Below, one piece after another: positions 1 to 9,062 of a stretch of DNA of 64,000 bases. Under the pieces are notes generated by a model. It saw only the letters and a list, made by a program, of their open reading frames with translations. It had not been told where the DNA came from and did not search any database. The stretch comes from Turneriella sp. (lineage in GTDB: Bacteria > Spirochaetota > Leptospiria > Turneriellales > Turneriellaceae), in NCBI GenBank assembly GCA_965279515.1, contig CBDIID010000003.1, forward strand, positions 320,001 to 384,000. Reading direction: 5' to 3'. The translations under genes were made by a program, and so were the position numbers. Every line of letters begins with the position of its first letter. The stretch's first letter is position 1.

Positions 1-1250
1 GCGACACACACCTCGGTGGTGACGACTTTGACCAGGCTGTGATTGACTGGATCGTAGCGGAGTTCAAAAAAGAAACCGCTATCGACGTCGGCAAAGACAA
101 GATGGCACTGCAACGCCTGCAAGAAGCGGCAGAAAAGGCGAAAATCGAACTTTCGAACAAAGAAACCGCGGATATCAACATCCCGTTTATCACGATGGAC
201 GCATCGGGGCCACGTCATCTCAACATGACGATCACCCGCGCCAAATTCAACCAGCTGACGGCATCGCTTGTCGATCGTTCGGTTGAGCCGTGCAAAAAGT
301 GCATCGCCGATTCAGGCTACAGCATTAACGAAATCAACAAGGTAATCCTTGTGGGTGGTTCGACACGTATCCCCGCGGTGCGCGAAAAAGTGAAGGAACT
401 CTTCGGCAAAGAACCGGATAAATCGGTGAACCCCGATGAAGCCGTCGCGATCGGCGCGGCGATCCAGGGCGGTGTGCTCGCCGGTGAAGTCACCGACGTG
501 CTGCTGCTCGACGTTACCCCGCTCTCTCTCGGTATCGAAACGCTGGGCGGCGTGATGACCAAAATTATCGCACGCAACACGACGATCCCCACCAAGAAGT
601 CAGAGGTATTCTCGACAGCGGCAGACAGCCAGACTGCGGTGGATATCCACGTTCTACAAGGCGAACGCGAACTCGCGAAAGATAACCGTACACTGGGACG
701 CTTCCAGCTCTCTGAGATACCGGCTGCCCCCCGCGGCACACCGCAGATCGAAGTGACTTTCGACATTGATGCGAACGGTATCGTGCACGTTCAGGCGAAA
801 GATTTGAAAACGAACAAAGAGCAGAAGATTAAGATCGAAGCTTCGAGTTCGCTTTCTGAGGCTGAAATCCAGAAAATGGTCAAAGACGCAGAGGTTAACG
901 CCGAAGCGGATAAAAAGGCCAAAGAAGCGGCATCTGCCTATAACGATCTCGACAACATCATCTACACCACGGAGAAAATGGTTGCCGATGCGAAGAACCT
1001 CGACGCCGGCATCAAGACCGAAGTCGAAGGTGTCGTTGCCAAAGCCAAAGAAGCGCTGATGTCACGCGATGCAGACAAGATGAAAGCGGCCGCGCAGACA
1101 CTCGGTGAAGTGATGCAAAAACACCAGGCAGCCTTCGCCGCACCGGGTGCTCCCCCTGAAGGTGAAGCGCCTAAGGCTGAAGGACAGGGCAAAGGCGACG
1201 AGAAAGTAGTCGATGCTGAGTTTACGGAAATAAAGGACGACAAGAAGTAA
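1..1250 (+). CDS. dnaK: Chaperone DnaK (Hsp70), 5' end outside the window
   Basis: Frame is open from the window edge ([10 protein letters not shown]). Hsp70 motifs [35 protein letters not shown] and C-terminal VVDAEF. Confidence 0.98.
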   Translation, partial: DTHLGGDDFDQAVIDWIVAEFKKETAIDVGKDKMALQRLQEAAEKAKIELSNKETADINIPFITMDASGPRHLNMTITRAKFNQLTASLVDRSVEPCKKCIADSGYSINEINKVILVGGSTRIPAVREKVKELFGKEPDKSVNPDEAVAIGAAIQGGVLAGEVTDVLLLDVTPLSLGIETLGGVMTKIIARNTTIPTKKSEVFSTAADSQTAVDIHVLQGERELAKDNRTLGRFQLSEIPAAPRGTPQIEVTFDIDANGIVHVQAKDLKTNKEQKIKIEASSSLSEAEIQKMVKDAEVNAEADKKAKEAASAYNDLDNIIYTTEKMVADAKNLDAGIKTEVEGVVAKAKEALMSRDADKMKAAAQTLGEVMQKHQAAFAAPGAPPEGEAPKAEGQGKGDEKVVDAEFTEIKDDKK

Positions 1251-1277
1251 AAATTTTACGGGGTTTGGTATCGGAAC

Positions 1278-2396
1278 ATGGCGGATAAGAGAGATTATTA
1301 TGAAATATTGGGCGTGCCGAAGTCGGCAGCCCTGGCCGATATCAAAACCGCCTACCGTAAGCTGGCGATGAAGTATCACCCGGATAAAAATCCCGGGAAT
1401 GCGGAAGCCGAGCAGAAGTTCAAAGAGGCAACCGAGGCCTACGAGGTTTTGCGTGACGAGCAGAAGCGCAAGATCTATGACCAGTACGGTCATGCGGGTC
1501 TCGGTGGTGCCGGCGCGCAGGGCTTTGGCCAGGCCGCCTACAGCGATTTTTCGGATATATTTTCGGGCACAAGCTTCGAAGATATATTCGAGAACCTGTT
1601 TTCAGGTTCCGGTTTTGGTCGCTCGCGTTCGGGCAGTTCTGTCAGGCGCGGCAGCGATTTACGTTATAATTTAGAAATCACATTAGAAGACGTTTTCAAC
1701 GGCAAAGAAGAAGAGATTGTCATCCCCCGCGAAGAGAGCTGCGGCGATTGCAGCGGTACGGGGTCATCCGACGGCAAGCTCGATACCTGCCATATCTGCG
1801 GTGGTTCAGGGCAGATTCGGCGTAGTACGGGGTTTTTCTCCGTAGCTTCGACCTGCAACACCTGCGGTGGCGCGGGCAAGCTCATCAAGAACCGCTGCAA
1901 GACATGCAGCGGCCAGGGTACCATCAGCAAAAAGCGCAAGCTCGCCATCCGTATACCTGCCGGTATTGATACCGGCACGCGCCTGAAGATTTCGGGTGAA
2001 GGCGAGGCGGGCCCGCGCGGAGGTCCATCCGGCGATCTCTATGTTGTTGTTCAAATTCGTAAGCACCAGCTCTTTGAGCGCGACGGCGTCGATCTTGCCA
2101 TGTATATCGATGTGCCGGTAACGACGGCGATGCTGGGTGGCGAGGTGACAGTCGAAACGCTCGATAAGAGTAAAGTTAAAGTCAAAATCCCATCGGGCAC
2201 GCAGCCCGATACCCTCTTCCGCGTACGCGGCAAGGGATTACCTTATATGGGCGGTCAGGGACGTTTCGGCGATCTCATTGCGCACTCGCGTATTGAGATT
2301 CCAAAATCGCTTTCGAGCAAAGCCAAGGGGCTCGTCAAAGAGCTTGAAACCGAGATGCAGGCTTCGGGCTCCGGAATTTTCGGAAAATTCCGCTGA
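1278..2396 (+). CDS. dnaJ: Chaperone DnaJ
   Basis: J domain with HPD, G/F-rich region, four CxxCxGxG repeats; follows dnaK. Confidence 0.98.
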   Translation: MADKRDYYEILGVPKSAALADIKTAYRKLAMKYHPDKNPGNAEAEQKFKEATEAYEVLRDEQKRKIYDQYGHAGLGGAGAQGFGQAAYSDFSDIFSGTSFEDIFENLFSGSGFGRSRSGSSVRRGSDLRYNLEITLEDVFNGKEEEIVIPREESCGDCSGTGSSDGKLDTCHICGGSGQIRRSTGFFSVASTCNTCGGAGKLIKNRCKTCSGQGTISKKRKLAIRIPAGIDTGTRLKISGEGEAGPRGGPSGDLYVVVQIRKHQLFERDGVDLAMYIDVPVTTAMLGGEVTVETLDKSKVKVKIPSGTQPDTLFRVRGKGLPYMGGQGRFGDLIAHSRIEIPKSLSSKAKGLVKELETEMQASGSGIFGKFR

Positions 2397-2412
2397 TTGA
2401 GTTTCCCTGAAC

Positions 2413-3384
2413 ATGGCAAACAAAGCACCGGTTCAAAAAATCAGGTTCGGCATTATCGGCGTAGGCCACATGGGCAGCTACCACCTCAACGTGGTTTCGG
2501 CCCTCGCCACACACGATCTCGTCGGCATTTTCGATGCCCGGCTCGATTACGCAAAGGAAAAGGCGGAGCAATTTGAGACACGCGCCTTTGCGACTTACCA
2601 GGAACTCATCCGCGAATGCGAGGCAGTGACGATTGCTGTGCCGACGCACCTGCACTTCGATATCGCCAAATATGCACTGGAAAACGGCGTGCATGTCCTG
2701 GTCGAGAAGCCGATGACCTTCGACATCGCTCAGGCACAGGAACTCATCGGCCTCGCCGCTGAGAAAAAACTCATCCTCCAGGTTGGGCACGTCGAACGTT
2801 TCAACGGCGCGGTGATGGCCCTTTCAAATATCGCGACCGAGCCCCTGCTCATACAGACACGGCGTTTGCATCCGAACAACAACCGCATTCTCGACGTCGG
2901 TGTGGTTCTCGATCTTCTAATCCATGATATTGACATTGTTCTGAATCTGGTGCGAAAGCCCCTGATCAAACATTCGGCCGTCGGCAGCTGTATTACGGGC
3001 AAACATGAAGATATCGCCGTGATCGAACTGCAATTTGAAGGCGGCTGTATTGCGACCCTCACCGCTTCGCGGCTCTCTCAGTATAAGGAAAGGACACTGA
3101 CGGTTACGCAGAAGAATAATTTTGTTATTCTGAACTATGGACAGCAAGAGATTGAAATCCACCGGCAGGGAAACTCGGTTACAGTAACGGCGCCTGATGA
3201 GATTAAATATTCACAGGAATCGGTCGTCGAGCGCGTCTATGTGCATAAGGATAACCCGCTCAAGAGCGAGCACCTGCATTTCTATAACTGCATCATCGGT
3301 AAAGAACAGCCCCTGATTACAGGCGAGGCAGATCTCAATACCTTGCGCATTGCGCTCGATAGCGTAAAACAAATCACCGGTTGA
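2413..3384 (+). CDS. Gfo/Idh/MocA family oxidoreductase (possibly GnnA-like)
   Basis: GIIGVGHMG Rossmann motif, VEKP, QVGHVERFN, DLLIHDID. Confidence 0.9.
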   Translation: MANKAPVQKIRFGIIGVGHMGSYHLNVVSALATHDLVGIFDARLDYAKEKAEQFETRAFATYQELIRECEAVTIAVPTHLHFDIAKYALENGVHVLVEKPMTFDIAQAQELIGLAAEKKLILQVGHVERFNGAVMALSNIATEPLLIQTRRLHPNNNRILDVGVVLDLLIHDIDIVLNLVRKPLIKHSAVGSCITGKHEDIAVIELQFEGGCIATLTASRLSQYKERTLTVTQKNNFVILNYGQQEIEIHRQGNSVTVTAPDEIKYSQESVVERVYVHKDNPLKSEHLHFYNCIIGKEQPLITGEADLNTLRIALDSVKQITG

Positions 3385-3386
3385 TT

Positions 3387-3785
3387 TTAATACGCCGCAA
3401 AACTGGCGTTGGTAATTTTCAGCTCTTTCGTTTCACCGTCGCTGCTGAAACTGGCATTCTGTGTAAACGTAACTCCGGAAGCAAAACTACCGGCACCGCC
3501 GTCGACATCGATCTTTACCGTATAACTGCGCGTGCCTCGCGTCAAATAAAGGGGATAGAAAAACCGCCCCGACGCATCCGTTTTTTCAGCGCTCGTTTGC
3601 AGCGTCGTGCTCCCTAAACTATCGGTATACTGAATGCGCACGGACCGCTGTGCTGCGAGGCCAGTCGCATCGATCATGAGCAGCTGCTTCGCGTCGTTGG
3701 TTCTATCCGTGCCGGGAGGTGTCGAGTCGTATGTGCACTGGCTGAGTAAAAAAGCGGCAAAGGCGGCGGCAATCAGGCGTTTCAT
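3387..3785 (-). CDS. Hypothetical lipoprotein
   Basis: Signal MKRLIAAAFAAFLLSQ-C; ATGA overlap with the upstream gene. Confidence 0.75.
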   Translation of the reverse strand: MKRLIAAAFAAFLLSQCTYDSTPPGTDRTNDAKQLLMIDATGLAAQRSVRIQYTDSLGSTTLQTSAEKTDASGRFFYPLYLTRGTRSYTVKIDVDGGAGSFASGVTFTQNASFSSDGETKELKITNASFAAY

Positions 3786-5410
3786 GCCGCGTTCATCCGG
3801 TAAGGTATTCTTGCGTTCTGGCCGACAAACGCCGAGAGCAGCTGCATTTGCTGTTTATTCTCTTCTGTGGGGAATTTTTCTACCCGGCGCTGCATCTCGA
3901 TGAGTGCAAATACGCGCCAGAGTTTTTCGCAGATATACATGCGGTTTACATCGCGGTCAAATTCGTTGGCGATCATCGGTTTCAGTTCAGACCAGATCTC
4001 TTCAATGTATTTATTGCCGTCGGCGGCCATCTGAAGACTCGCCGATTTCAGATACGTTTCAAAGGCCGCCTGCACTTTAGGCCTCTTCGCGGCGTGAATC
4101 GCGTGTTCGGCGAGAAGCGCGTGCGTGCCTTCCCAGGTCTCGTTGATGATTGCATCGTTGAGCACGCGGGGCAACACGCTGAAATCCCCCAGAATGCCAT
4201 TGCCACCGTGCAGGATCATCGCCTCTTTCACAACCACAGCGCTGTACTGTGTGACGATCATCTTCAGCAGCGGCACCAGCATTAGCTCGAGCGCCTCTTC
4301 TTTTTCGCTTAGACGAAAGGCGTAAAAGCTCACCAAGGTCAGCGCATCGCGCAGCATACGCATCTCACCAAGCGTCCGTTGCACGCTTGGGAACGCCGCC
4401 AGCTTGTTGCCATACGCTTCGCGCGCCGCGACATAAGCTTCGGCTTCGATGACACCGCGCGCAATATGCCCCAAGCCTCCGCAGATGACGTGCAGGCGCG
4501 AGGTACGTAAAATGTAGCGGATCAGGTTAGCGAGCCCATGCGAGGTGCGCCCGAGCGCGGTAGCCTCGCAGTTCTCGTAAATACTCTCTACGGTAATTTT
4601 TCCCTTAGAGCCGATAATATCTTTCTTGCGGAGCAGGTGGCAGCCGTTCAGCGAACCATCCGCCTTGAGGCGCCCGACCAGAAACAGGCCCACCGTATTT
4701 GTGCCTTCAACCTTTGCCGTCGTCACCCAGACATCTCCGGGATTCGAACAAAACCATTTTTCACCGTTGAGCAGCCAGGTGCCGTTTGCCTGCGGCGTCG
4801 CGACCGTGCGGTTAGCCGCGACATTACTGCCGCCGACACGTTCGGTCACGTATTGCCCCGCCATAAAATGCGAGGTTGAATCGGGGGATGTCAGCATCGG
4901 CAGAAAGCGTTCTTTTTGTTCTTCGGTACCGATAGCGCGCAGCGCATGGATAAGCCCTTCTGTCATGGCCAAAGGACAGGCGACACCGCCCTCGCCGTTC
5001 ATATTCGTGAGAATCGCCAGCGCCATACGGTGGGGTATGGAAAACTCGTGCTTCCAGTCAGCCTGGCAGTCACGGTTTACAACGCCGTGGTCGTAAAAAA
5101 TCTTGCGCAGCTTTATTTGTTCCGGCGCATAACGCACCTCGTCGATGCGGTTGCCGAAGCGGTCGTACTGAATGAGTTCACCCCATTTCCCCTCTTTATG
5201 GCAGGCAATTGTAAGCTCGTTGATTTCTCCGCTTAAGAGCTTGCCGAGTCCTGACAGGTGTTCCCTAACAGAAGCCAGGTAAGCGGGTGTTGTATTTGCA
5301 GAATTGAGTTCAAAGGCTTCTTCAAGAACCCGTGTTCCATTGAAAAAATTCTTCCCTGATACGCCGCGGTAGTCGCTTAGATCAAAAGGTTTTAAAGCTG
5401 GATTTTGCAT
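3782..5410 (-). CDS. Acyl-CoA dehydrogenase family protein (AidB-like)
   Basis: CPLAMT, TERVGGSNV, LNGEKWFCS, R-x-AYG, HGGNG, ETWEGT. Start placed at ATG 5410 (MQNPAL). Confidence 0.9.
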   Translation of the reverse strand: MQNPALKPFDLSDYRGVSGKNFFNGTRVLEEAFELNSANTTPAYLASVREHLSGLGKLLSGEINELTIACHKEGKWGELIQYDRFGNRIDEVRYAPEQIKLRKIFYDHGVVNRDCQADWKHEFSIPHRMALAILTNMNGEGGVACPLAMTEGLIHALRAIGTEEQKERFLPMLTSPDSTSHFMAGQYVTERVGGSNVAANRTVATPQANGTWLLNGEKWFCSNPGDVWVTTAKVEGTNTVGLFLVGRLKADGSLNGCHLLRKKDIIGSKGKITVESIYENCEATALGRTSHGLANLIRYILRTSRLHVICGGLGHIARGVIEAEAYVAAREAYGNKLAAFPSVQRTLGEMRMLRDALTLVSFYAFRLSEKEEALELMLVPLLKMIVTQYSAVVVKEAMILHGGNGILGDFSVLPRVLNDAIINETWEGTHALLAEHAIHAAKRPKVQAAFETYLKSASLQMAADGNKYIEEIWSELKPMIANEFDRDVNRMYICEKLWRVFALIEMQRRVEKFPTEENKQQMQLLSAFVGQNARIPYRMNAA

Positions 5411-5417
5411 TACTAGA

Positions 5418-6377
5418 TTACCTATAGGCTTCAAATAACATATCAATGCACGGTAAATCTTGCAAACGTTGTTTTTCCTCATGACTGGGCGGGACGTGCT
5501 CGATCTGAAATTGCTCGTCTGTAATGATTAGCACAGAATCACCCCAAAGCATGTCATATGTCTGTCCCTGATTAGAAAGTCGTATTTTTTCTCCAAACCA
5601 GGAAAAAACCGAAAATTCCCTTCCTTGTTTCGCGAAATGTAATTTCTCTGATTTCAGGGAACTCATGTCATGGTACGCCACTGAAAATTCTTCAGTGTTT
5701 AATTTAGATGCAAAGGACGAAATTTTCGGTTCTTGATCATGTATGCAGCTGATAGCCTGATCGAGATGAAGCGTCCTCCCCCTTCCGAAGTCAAAAATAC
5801 GAAATGTATGGTCTGATTTTTGTTGAATTTCATAGAACAGTATTCTACCTGTTGTACTATGAACCAACCCGGGATTCAGGGTTATGACATCCCCGGCCTT
5901 TGGTGTACGTACATTAAAATGCGATAGCGGATCGCGGTCAGTTTCAAGGGAACGAAGTATGCTAGCCTGTTCGCCCGGTTTTAAACCCAGATAGGCGCAG
6001 GCATTTTGATCGGCTTCCAGTATACTCCAGCATTCAAATTTACCCTTACCCGAAAGACCCAATTTAGTCACGTCATTATCAGAGGGGTGATTTTGCAGGG
6101 AAATTGGTTCAGCTGTCGATAGAATCTTCAGCATAAACGGTACTTCTTGTTCTTTGAGATTCAGGCTACGCCAGAAACGAGAAAGTGGAATATTTTCTGC
6201 ACCAACCCTGACTCGTACTGGAAATTGGTCCAGATCAGAAAAAAGGACATATTCACCGATTTTATCATCCAACCGATTATTGGCAAGATTATCTAAATGG
6301 CCTCCGGCCCAGGGTTTAGGTACGGCGAACGGAATCAATGGGAAAATACCTTGCTTCTGCGGCATAATTAACCGCAT
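5418..6377 (-). CDS. Class I mannose-6-phosphate isomerase (cupin)
   Basis: KPWAG, IGE, LKILSTAEPISLQNHP, K-x-ECW, PGLVHS, EIQQKSD-x-TFRIFDFGR-x-R-x-LH. Start could be 6377 or 6365. Confidence 0.85.
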   Translation of the reverse strand: MRLIMPQKQGIFPLIPFAVPKPWAGGHLDNLANNRLDDKIGEYVLFSDLDQFPVRVRVGAENIPLSRFWRSLNLKEQEVPFMLKILSTAEPISLQNHPSDNDVTKLGLSGKGKFECWSILEADQNACAYLGLKPGEQASILRSLETDRDPLSHFNVRTPKAGDVITLNPGLVHSTTGRILFYEIQQKSDHTFRIFDFGRGRTLHLDQAISCIHDQEPKISSFASKLNTEEFSVAYHDMSSLKSEKLHFAKQGREFSVFSWFGEKIRLSNQGQTYDMLWGDSVLIITDEQFQIEHVPPSHEEKQRLQDLPCIDMLFEAYR

Positions 6378-6432
6378 TTTTATTTCGCTTTCATGCCTAC
6401 GAACAGAATTTGAACCGGACTCCAGGCGAAAA

Positions 6433-7260
6433 GTGACCACTTATCTTTACAGGATTCTTTTCTGGGCAGCCATCGCCGTATTGCCGCTTACATTTGTATT
6501 TAATTCCGAGCTTTTCCGCATCCTGAATTGCCCCAAAAACGGCGGCAAGCTGGACATGTTTTTGTTACTCATGACTTCGCTGGCCGATGGCCTTTGGGTC
6601 GTTATGATTGTAACCGTTGTGCATAGCCTGAGGAAAAACCGCGCGGCTGACACTCACGAAGGCCGGCATGCTCATTTCGGGACATTTGCCCTGGCTCTCT
6701 TACTGGGCACTGCCCTGCTGCATTCGGCGAAATACTTTTTTGATGCCCCGAGACCCGTCATAGCGCTGGGGGACCAGGTTTGTGTTCTCGGGCAAAGGCT
6801 GACTTCGCGCAGTTTTCCATCCGGCCATTCTTTCTCTGCGATACTGCTCTTCATGTACCTGAGGCCCCGGCGGTCCGTGACGCTGGCGCTGGCCGTTGCG
6901 GCGTTATGTGTGGTGGGAGTGCTTTCCCGGGCCTATGTCGGTGCGCATTTTCCGCGCGACATGATCGTGGGCGGATTAATTGCCGTCTTCGCGTATTTTG
7001 CCGCGGAAATTCTTAATCTGAAAATACGTCCATGGAAGATTTCAGCGGAAAAAAGAAAAATCCTGATTGCGGTTCCGGGCCTGGGCACCGCTCTCATCTA
7101 TATTTTTCTCTATCATGAAAAGACGCGCGAACTGGAATTTCTGCTGACCCCGCTGGCCTGGGCCGTCGTGGCTTACTGGGTCATATTCATCGCCGCACGC
7201 ATGCTGCAGATGTTCAGGAAGCTGCAGCCGCCATCCGGTACAGGATCATCTCCCGCTTGA
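6433..7260 (+). CDS. PAP2 family membrane phosphatase
   Basis: K-x5-PRP, SFPSGH, SRAYVGAHFPRD and several TM segments. GTG start at 6433 is inferred. Confidence 0.88.
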   Translation: MTTYLYRILFWAAIAVLPLTFVFNSELFRILNCPKNGGKLDMFLLLMTSLADGLWVVMIVTVVHSLRKNRAADTHEGRHAHFGTFALALLLGTALLHSAKYFFDAPRPVIALGDQVCVLGQRLTSRSFPSGHSFSAILLFMYLRPRRSVTLALAVAALCVVGVLSRAYVGAHFPRDMIVGGLIAVFAYFAAEILNLKIRPWKISAEKRKILIAVPGLGTALIYIFLYHEKTRELEFLLTPLAWAVVAYWVIFIAARMLQMFRKLQPPSGTGSSPA

Positions 7261-9061
7261 TGCCCTTGAGCTGGGCGGCATAAGGCTGCGGGTTCATATT
7301 CCGGAGTAAATTCGTATCGCTGAGGCGGTTAAAGATATCTTCTGAAATCACGGTTTCATTGCCACCTGCCTCGTTCTGGATGCGCGCGGCCTTATTGACC
7401 GTGGAACCGAAATAATCCAGTTTCTCGTTCAGAGTCAAGGCCAATGCCGGCCCTTCATGCAGGCCAATCTTGACTACAAGCTGGTGCCCCGGCGAGGTTT
7501 TATTGAATGTGCGGATATCCGCGTGGATTGCCTGCGCGGCCTTTAATGCGTCTTCGCTTTGCGTGAACACAGCCATGACAGCATCGCCGATGGTTTTCAC
7601 GACGGCGCCGTGATTTGCCGCGATAATGCGTATCATAATGTCAAAGTGGGCTTGTACCAGTGCGAAAGCCTCGGCGTCGCCGCGTTCTTCATATAACTGA
7701 GTGGAATCCTTGAGATCGCTGAAAAAGAACACAGCATTTTTGATGGCAAGTTTCAGGTCGGGGCGCAGGATTTCAGAAGAAAATAAATCCCTGAACGTCT
7801 GCATTGTCGAGATTTCAAAGGCAGTCAGGGCAAAATCATTATACGATGGATGCTCGATACGGATGGTTTCGACTTTTCCCGTATCGTTATGGATCACAAG
7901 GTCTTTTTCGGCGGTGAGAATAAGACCGCCGGCCGCCGCAGAAAGGTTTACCCTGTTGCTGTGGTGGCCGCCCTTTTCAACCGAAACGCCTGAGACCTGG
8001 CTGCGCTCCCCGCGGCGCAGATTATAGAGGCCAGCCGGCGCTCCCCCCAAAATGACCTGTTTTTCGCCGGGCAGCAACGTCAGTTGCGCAAAGATGTGCG
8101 GGGTCTGCCCCGGGTTGCCGCGGCAGTACATCACCGGATCGACTTTGCGCACGCTGCCATGCGGGGAAAAACATACTTCCACGTTGCGGTCAAAGTCGGC
8201 ATCATAACGGATGTCGCAGAATTCACAATGCGATTCTCCCGAGAGCAGTGAAAGGCCGCGGCTTTCGGCATTCGGCGCACGGCAGGCGGGGCAGAGAATC
8301 TCCCAATGCATGTCGAATAATCCCGCGCGCGTGGCCTGCAGCAGAAAGGCCGTGGTTACGGAAAAATGCACCTTGCTCTTCAGCGAGATTTCTTTCGGCC
8401 GGATTTTCTGCACCTGCACATCGGGGGCATAGGCAACAAATTCGCCCAGCGTTCGCGCCGTGGCGTCATCCGCACCATGTTCACGGTAGAGTTTAATCAG
8501 CCTCTCAAATGCTTCCTGTTTTTTATTGCCTTTCTCGTAGAAGTACGCGGGGTCAAAATGCATCTTCGATGGAATACGCGTTGCAATTTCACTATAGAGG
8601 CGCCGGTATTTGCGAAACGCGTCGCCGACAATAAAACGCGCCAGCAAGAACCCGCGCGGGATATAACGGACTTCGAGATTGAGGCGGGTGCCCGTGCCCT
8701 CGGGGCTTAAAGTTACGGAAATGACGAAATATTTAACGGGGCCTGAGATGCTGATTGCTTCAAAGCGCACAAATTGGTTTTCGACCCAGTCCCAGGGTAG
8801 TTCCCATGCGTGGACGCGCAGCCCCATTTTGCTGAAGGAGGTTGCCATGAGCTTCCAGCCGGCGGAAATTTTTTCGCCTTCGAAGATTGTCGCTGATTTT
8901 CCGGCCTCACGTGCCAGCAGGTTATTTTTTGCCACATAGGGCCACACCTCTGCGAGCGGCTGAGGCAAAAAAATATGTGACTGAAATTTGTGTTTCTGGG
9001 AGGCCTCGCGGAGCGCAACGATGGAGTCACACAGCGCGAGTGCCTTTTCGACACCTTTCAT
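7214..9061 (-). CDS. Class III adenylate cyclase with N-terminal SRPBCC-like and DUF5939-like zinc-ribbon domains
   Basis: FSDLKDST, VKTIGDAVMA, DYFGSTVNKAARIQ; CPACR...CEFC...YC; N-terminal 'PLAEVWPYV...W-x-ELPWDW'. Confidence 0.88.
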   Translation of the reverse strand: MKGVEKALALCDSIVALREASQKHKFQSHIFLPQPLAEVWPYVAKNNLLAREAGKSATIFEGEKISAGWKLMATSFSKMGLRVHAWELPWDWVENQFVRFEAISISGPVKYFVISVTLSPEGTGTRLNLEVRYIPRGFLLARFIVGDAFRKYRRLYSEIATRIPSKMHFDPAYFYEKGNKKQEAFERLIKLYREHGADDATARTLGEFVAYAPDVQVQKIRPKEISLKSKVHFSVTTAFLLQATRAGLFDMHWEILCPACRAPNAESRGLSLLSGESHCEFCDIRYDADFDRNVEVCFSPHGSVRKVDPVMYCRGNPGQTPHIFAQLTLLPGEKQVILGGAPAGLYNLRRGERSQVSGVSVEKGGHHSNRVNLSAAAGGLILTAEKDLVIHNDTGKVETIRIEHPSYNDFALTAFEISTMQTFRDLFSSEILRPDLKLAIKNAVFFFSDLKDSTQLYEERGDAEAFALVQAHFDIMIRIIAANHGAVVKTIGDAVMAVFTQSEDALKAAQAIHADIRTFNKTSPGHQLVVKIGLHEGPALALTLNEKLDYFGSTVNKAARIQNEAGGNETVISEDIFNRLSDTNLLRNMNPQPYAAQLKGIKREMILYRMAAAAS

Positions 9062-9062
9062 T

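Noticed and set aside
6154..6432. Head-to-head overlap of the PAP2 and PMI ORFs
   Set aside because: It disappears when starts are placed at 6433 (+) and 6377 (-).
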